A stretch of 63,271 nucleotides of DNA, the filler included, from Globobulimina sp. (taxonomy: Eukaryota): assembly GCA_003354225.1 (NCBI GenBank). It is 20 parts of 20 records of this genome, joined end to end, with 100 filler letters (N's around TTAATTAATTAA, not from the genome) between each part and the next. Parts side by side here need not be neighbours in the genome. Positions count along the whole stretch, not along the records: positions 57,041 to 60,106 come from PIVH01003827.1; positions 60,207 to 63,271 come from PIVH01003828.1; 18 more parts are not named here. One strand, given 5' to 3'. The translations under genes and the position numbers were made by a program. The notes under the pieces were generated by a model. That model made no database searches. It worked only from the letters and a program-made list of their open reading frames with translations, and was not told the origin of the DNA. Each line of letters begins with the position of its first letter. The stretch's first letter is position 1. This document shows positions 57,897 through 63,271 of the stretch, in pieces.

Positions 57897-58646
57897 CACC
57901 TTACATAATTTACATTTGTCCCATTTGTCCCATTTGTCCATACGTTATAATTATATTAGCTAGTTTTTGTGAAATATTTCACACTTTTTGTTTTTGAATG
58001 TTTATTAATTAACGAAGCATGACACCTTTAATAAGCGTAACTATTTTATTTTGTGCAATTTATCGGCAAATTACGGGTGTTATAAGTTATGCTGTTATAA
58101 TTTCTGCTGTTATATTTTGTGAGACATAAATATTGTGTTATTGTATTAAAAATTTATTTGTAATTTTTTGTGCAAGGACATATCAATACGTCTCAGACTG
58201 TAAAACCCGAAACGATTCACAGCAATCATACATACAAACTACAGTGAGCGAACAAGCCGAACGTTTCAAATTTCAAAAACACTTAACGATATGTTCAGAA
58301 TTTCAGATAGATCCAATTGTATACTTTAGAATAAGACGTGTTTAGAATTTAAAGAGCTTATTTTAAACTCATCATGTTTTTAATTCGTGATGTATAGAAT
58401 ATTACATTAATACGCCCATAGGCTATAAACAGGCATTCAAACTGTAATTTTAAAAACTGTGAAACCTTTCAAGAGTAAGTATAATATTGTATTTCTGGAT
58501 TTTTTATCATGTGAACGCCTTGTTACTATCCCAAAATATGCGGTTTTTCACATGTGTGGACTACGTCTTAGTATCGTCTTATTTTAACTTATTAATAATA
58601 TTTATACGAATGCAAATATGCGCGCATACAAACAATATTAAGCACT

Positions 58647-58893
58647 CTATTTTTCAGCAATAAACCAACCAATTTTCGGACAAACTTCCAATGTTTTCTT
58701 ATTTTGTTCAACACCAATAAATCCAGCAAATTTCAATTTATATTCATTCCCACTTTTAACATCCTTTAACGTGACAGGTGCCTTTGCCAAACCAATCGGA
58801 ACTACTTTTAATGAGGAAGATGGACGAAATACTTTCTTTAATGGCTTTTGATTACCGCGCCCATATCCAGACGGCACATACTGATCAATTGAA
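58647..58893 (-). pseudogene. C-terminal fragment of a DUF4419-like protein, cut off upstream by a repeat element
   Basis: PIGLAKAPV..FAGFIGVEQ..VCPKIGWFI resembles the DUF4419 C-terminus. Confidence 0.55.
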
Positions 58894-59148
58894 TGTCTGC
58901 ATGTCTGGCTGTCTGACTGTCTGACGACATTATTAAGGTAAATTACTTCTTAAAGTGTCTATTTTTTGCCAATATACACTTAGGTCATCTTGTATTGTCC
59001 ACTTCTTGTATTGTCCACTTCTTGTATTGTCCAATAAATCAGGATGAAAAAATATTTCATCTTATATTGTCCACTGGACAATACAAGATGGCTCACTGTG
59101 GTGGGCGTGGTGGGTGTGTCTGCATGTCTGACTGTCTGGCTGTCTGAC
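58894..59148. mobile_element. Small MITE-like composite repeat
   Basis: 32-bp direct repeats at 58894-58925 and 59117-59148; internal inverted repeat CATCTTGTATTGTCCA (58986-59001) and TGGACAATACAAGATG (59075-59090); three tandem 16-mers. Confidence 0.55.
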
Positions 59149-59966
59149 TTTTTTTTGGAAGACGGAGGAAACGTGTTGTGGGTTTAAATTAAGACGTTCG
59201 CCAATAGCAAAAAGAGGCAAACAATAAATAGTTACCAACCAAGTTTGTGCACATATGCACAGAACCCGGACAAAATTGTATTAAAAAAAAGAATAAAAAG
59301 AAATATTTTAAACACACAATGATCATAATAAATAGGATTTGAATAGTTATTTCCGAACGAGAATTTCCAGATATTTCCGGAATTTTTCTAATAAAAATTT
59401 GTTTACATTTTATAATAAAATTATTCATCAAATTAACACTCCAAATGCATATCAATCCCAAGTTCCTTAATAAATAAAATCACCCGGTTCTTCAGCTAAA
59501 CCCTCTTGAAAGTATGTAAATAATAACCATGTATAATAGGCGTAATAATAACGAACCATCCAAGATAAACTTTGTATGATGTTGGAACCAATAAGCATCG
59601 TCTTATGGAGTGAGTCGGTGTTTAAGAACACCCTAAACTCTGTCCAATCTTTATCAGCACCTAAAAAGGGAATATGGTAGCAAGAGTTGGCAAAGTGGGA
59701 TAATAAACAATAGAGTGTGACATGGCATGCTGCCATGTTAAAGTTAAAGACTGATAAGTTTTATTATTAAATGAAGGGAAGCGCGATACTATATCTCAGT
59801 TGTAATCAGCTGAATGTTTCAAATTGTAAACAGCTGAATAATGATGATTATGAAATCATAAGTTTATTAATGGAAAATTAAATGTTATATTTAGATTTAA
59901 TTACAGTTGTTTGAAAAAAAAAAAAATAACTATCATATTTGAAGAAAGTCAGAATCAATTGAACGG

Positions 59967-60106
59967 ATGGAAGAAAAAGTAGAATATAGAAAAACAGACG
60001 AAGAAAAAGCAAATTTGTATGATTACCTTTCATTTGGATGGATATCTAAAATGTTTAAGATTGGTTATAAGAGACCATTACAACTCGAGGATTTAAATTA
60101 TTTGAA
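59967..60106 (+). CDS. ABCC/MRP-family ABC transporter, N-terminal lasso region (3'-truncated)
   Basis: ANLYDYLSFGWISKMFKIGYKRPLQLEDL. Confidence 0.8.
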
Positions 60107-60206
60107 NNNNNNNNNNNNNNNNNNNNNNNNNNNNNNNNNNNNNNNNNNNNTTAATTAATTAANNNNNNNNNNNNNNNNNNNNNNNNNNNNNNNNNNNNNN
60201 NNNNNN

Positions 60207-61059
60207 AATGCGCCTGTTCGAAGGGCGGGTAGCCGGTGATCAAGATGAACAAAACCACGCCCATACTGAAGATGTCGCACGCCAAATCGTACGGTTTGTC
60301 CAACAGCAACTCGGGAGCCTGATAGCCGCGGGTGCCCACATACGTGGTCTTCATGATGGCGTCGGCGTCGCTCTCGAACACTTTGCTTAAGCCGAAATCC
60401 GTCAGTTTGATATTGAAGCGGGAGTCTAATAAGAGATTCTGAGGCTTGATGTCGCGGTGAGCCACGCCGGCATTGTGACAGGCCTCCAATCCTTGGTTGT
60501 TTAGGTGCGGTTTGGTCATTGGGGAGTTTGTTTATGCGCAGATTCGCAAGTTAGAGAGTGCAAGCATACCGAATATGGATTGCCGAAAATATGTACGGGC
60601 TAATATCGGTTCTAAGGCCGAGGTATAATACAAGATATCGAATATCTCGCCGCCGGGCGCGAATTCCAAGACTAATAACACGGTGTCGATCTTTTCGTTT
60701 TTTTTGGTGGGATAGCGAGCGTTTAAATTGTAGGCGTACAATTTCATTACGTTTGGATGCCGGATTTGTTTCAATGATTCGATTTCGGTGACAACCTGTT
60801 TCGACTGTTGTTGTGTTGTATGTTTATGTGAGTTTGTGGTGTTCGCAACATATAAAAGTAACAAATACAAAACTTGTTCTTTTGCCCAAGATTCGTCGGC
60901 TTTGGCCATGAATTTCAATGCTACACATTTTCCGGTTTTTTTGTCAAATCCTTTTTTTACCCATGAATAACCGCCTTTGCCTAATGTTTCGCCAATATAC
61001 CATCTGCCGATGGTTCGCATTTTCTTTTGTTTTGGTGCTCTCTGTTTTGTTGTCGCCAT
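60207..61059 (-). CDS. Ser/Thr protein kinase (CAMK-like), 3'-truncated, 2 introns
   Basis: LGKGGYSWV, VALK, HRDIKPQN, DFG, GTRGYQAPE, DIFSMGV. GT-AG introns 60805-60873 and 60492-60569. Confidence 0.95.
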
Positions 61060-61390
61060 TTTGAAATTCAAATCTGTAATTTGTATGTAGTGTGTTTCTC
61101 ACTTTACAATGCTCTTCTTAGTTGCTGAGGGGTTTTGGGCTGAATTGCAGTTATTTTATCTAAAAAACAGACTGTGATCAAGGCTGCAGTAACTCCGGAA
61201 TTTGATGATTATAGAATTGAGCTTAAAAAGAAACTGTAACAAATATACACACTGATTACAGCAATAGGTATATGGTCGTATTAAACTGGAATTAAACGAA
61301 TTAATACGTTGTGTATGAATACAATCAATATACATTGTTAAAATATCAAATGGTTTTAACGATACAGCATTACAGCTTTATTGCCAGAGT

Positions 61391-61978
61391 TTAATCTTCA
61401 TTCATATTGTTTTTAAATTTGTTTTTTGAATTTAAGAGTTGAACCAATTCGGACTCAATTACAAAACTATCAATTAATTTGATGATATCAATTGGAACAT
61501 TATGTTCCTTTCCTGCACTATTCAATGCAGAACTTGTTTCATTTTGTTGTTTAACCATTAATTCCAATACGTTCCAACCAGTCTCACGATACAATGAAAT
61601 GATAAACTTCCTAAGCCAATGAACAAAGTTTGAATAAGTTGTAGAAACGATTTGTATTAAATAATCTTCCACTGTATTAATAATAGTTTGCCTTTCAAAC
61701 GCAATGATCTCTACAATTTCAACAAAATAAAGCATTAAAACCTCCATTCCAAATGCTATAAATAATGATGTCTTTTCCAATGAAAGTTGATACAATTCAA
61801 ACAGTGAAAGATCTGACATATACATTACCATTCCAACAGAAAAAGAGAATACAACGAATGGAATGATTGAATAAACAAACAAAAATATTGCAGTGTAAAT
61901 TCTTTTCATTATACACTGCGAGCATTGGGATAATTTATTATAGCAACAAATTGCAGCATTAAGAGCAAATACAACCAT
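61391..61978 (-). CDS. Membrane protein of unknown function (start uncertain)
   Basis: Two to three hydrophobic segments; C-terminal VPIDIIKLIDSF motif. Confidence 0.55.
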   Translation of the reverse strand: MVVFALNAAICCYNKLSQCSQCIMKRIYTAIFLFVYSIIPFVVFSFSVGMVMYMSDLSLFELYQLSLEKTSLFIAFGMEVLMLYFVEIVEIIAFERQTIINTVEDYLIQIVSTTYSNFVHWLRKFIISLYRETGWNVLELMVKQQNETSSALNSAGKEHNVPIDIIKLIDSFVIESELVQLLNSKNKFKNNMNED

Positions 61979-62311
61979 TTTAACAATACTTCTGCGATGG
62001 TTCCATTTAAACCGTTCAATCGGAATTATCTTTTTTAATAATTTATGGTGTACATAAAAATAAAGTTAAGAGAAAAGAAAAAGTTGAAATGAAAACATAC
62101 ATTAATGAGGTATATTGTTTGTTTAGTCATTCTTGTTGAGAAATAGTGAAATGTTTTTGTATTTTAAAATATGTGAATTGCCGAAAATTAACGCTGGAAT
62201 TATGACAGGAATACATAACTGATGGCAGCTACAAAGGGAAAGCGTCTCTGAAAGATTTTTTACTAAGTTTTAGGATGTCAGGTAGAGATCTCTTATAATA
62301 AATGATTAACA

Positions 62312-63271
62312 TCAATCAATACGTTGTTTTTTTGTTGGTGGTTGTTTTAAAGTTTTATCATAATTATCAAGATGTCTTCTTTTATTATTATGTTTCCAAT
62401 TCCGTCCATGTTTAGATGCGTACATATATTGATATGATTGCTTTAATTCATCACTTTTGAAATCAATATATTTCCTAAAATGTAAATTATTTGTTTCACT
62501 TTTTGCATTCATAATTTTATCATATTCATCTTGCGTAATATCCATTATTCTTATAATTGCATTTAAATTTTGATTTCTTTTATAAATGCTTATTCTCTCC
62601 GCTTTGCCAATAAATTCCGATAAAAAATCAAAAATTACCGATTCAATATCACCACCAATTACAATGTCACTTTCTTTTGATTCGCATTCATTCTCTTTCG
62701 ATTTCATGCCACAATAAAACATTTTATACCATTCGTCATTAACGGCGTTGTAATCCACGCCGCAAAAAACACCCTCTTCATCACACTCATTCTCCTCCTT
62801 ATTATCATGCCCATTATTTGCAAACTTGAGGTTAAAATTAAATTTATCATCGATATAATATTTATTTCCAATATAAAAATGTTTACAATAATTATAACTT
62901 AAATTCAATCGATTAACAAAATGCGACAAACTCCGCATGGAATTATCATGAAATTCATCTTTTACATGAAACAAATCCTTAACACTCTCATTTTCACCAT
63001 TTAATCCATATAAATATTGTGCCAATTTTGCATATAAATATCCAGTACAAAATGCATCGTAACCCGCCTCATGAAATGCGCCATGACTCGATTCCAAATA
63101 ATTTCTTTCTTTTTCAATATTTCTTTCATTTTCATTCATAAAAATACAAACATCAATCAATAATTTCTTTTCTTTTTCCTTTTCATTTTCCTTTTCATTC
63201 ATAAAATATTTAAAACATTGTGACAAAGAAAAATTATCTTCGATTGCAATGTTTTGCCCTTTAAATAGATG
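62312..63271 (-). CDS. PARN/CAF1-family DEDDh deadenylase, C-terminal part (5'-truncated)
   Basis: FHEAGYDAFCTG ExoIII motif followed by FVNRLNL; basic NLS-like tail. Confidence 0.75.
   Translation of the reverse strand, partial: HLFKGQNIAIEDNFSLSQCFKYFMNEKENEKEKEKKLLIDVCIFMNENERNIEKERNYLESSHGAFHEAGYDAFCTGYLYAKLAQYLYGLNGENESVKDLFHVKDEFHDNSMRSLSHFVNRLNLSYNYCKHFYIGNKYYIDDKFNFNLKFANNGHDNKEENECDEEGVFCGVDYNAVNDEWYKMFYCGMKSKENECESKESDIVIGGDIESVIFDFLSEFIGKAERISIYKRNQNLNAIIRIMDITQDEYDKIMNAKSETNNLHFRKYIDFKSDELKQSYQYMYASKHGRNWKHNNKRRHLDNYDKTLKQPPTKKQRID

Noticed and set aside
3073-60206. Regularly spaced TTAATTAATTAA motif every ~3.17 kb, suggesting an array or nanochromosome boundary
   Set aside because: Always embedded in N44 padding with identical 100-nt length; it is an artificial linker between length-sorted contigs.

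Overview
This window is not one locus. It is 20 unrelated contigs of 3,072 down to 3,065 bp, sorted by length and joined by 19 artificial 100-nt spacers (N44-TTAATTAATTAA-N44), so nothing can be inferred across a spacer. The DNA is mostly AT-rich eukaryotic nuclear sequence with short GT-AG introns (about 37-370 nt), read in the standard code. A one-residue insertion at a ubiquitin-ubiquitin junction ([11 protein letters not shown]) points to Rhizaria, and the gene families look foraminiferan-like (inference). Recognisable host genes: a phage-type (probably mitochondrial) RNA polymerase, a PX-ankyrin sphingosine kinase, PEX14 with a PUB domain, Mpo1/DUF962, fRMsr/GAF, a PARN/CAF1 nuclease, an ABCC N-terminus, a Ser/Thr kinase, a tandem Rab-like GTPase, TLDc, SPRY, three 7TM-like proteins and a glycosyltransferase. 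The three most notable items: (1) an intron-containing ankyrin / RelA-SpoT-like nucleotidyltransferase / ankyrin gene, a candidate eukaryotic nucleotide-signalling sensor; (2) a Polinton/adintovirus-type protein-primed DNA polymerase with an embedded Vsr-like nuclease domain; (3) a giant-virus-like RPB2 fragment carrying an intein C-terminus, fused abruptly to host-like DNA. All family calls come from motif recognition by eye; no database searches were run.
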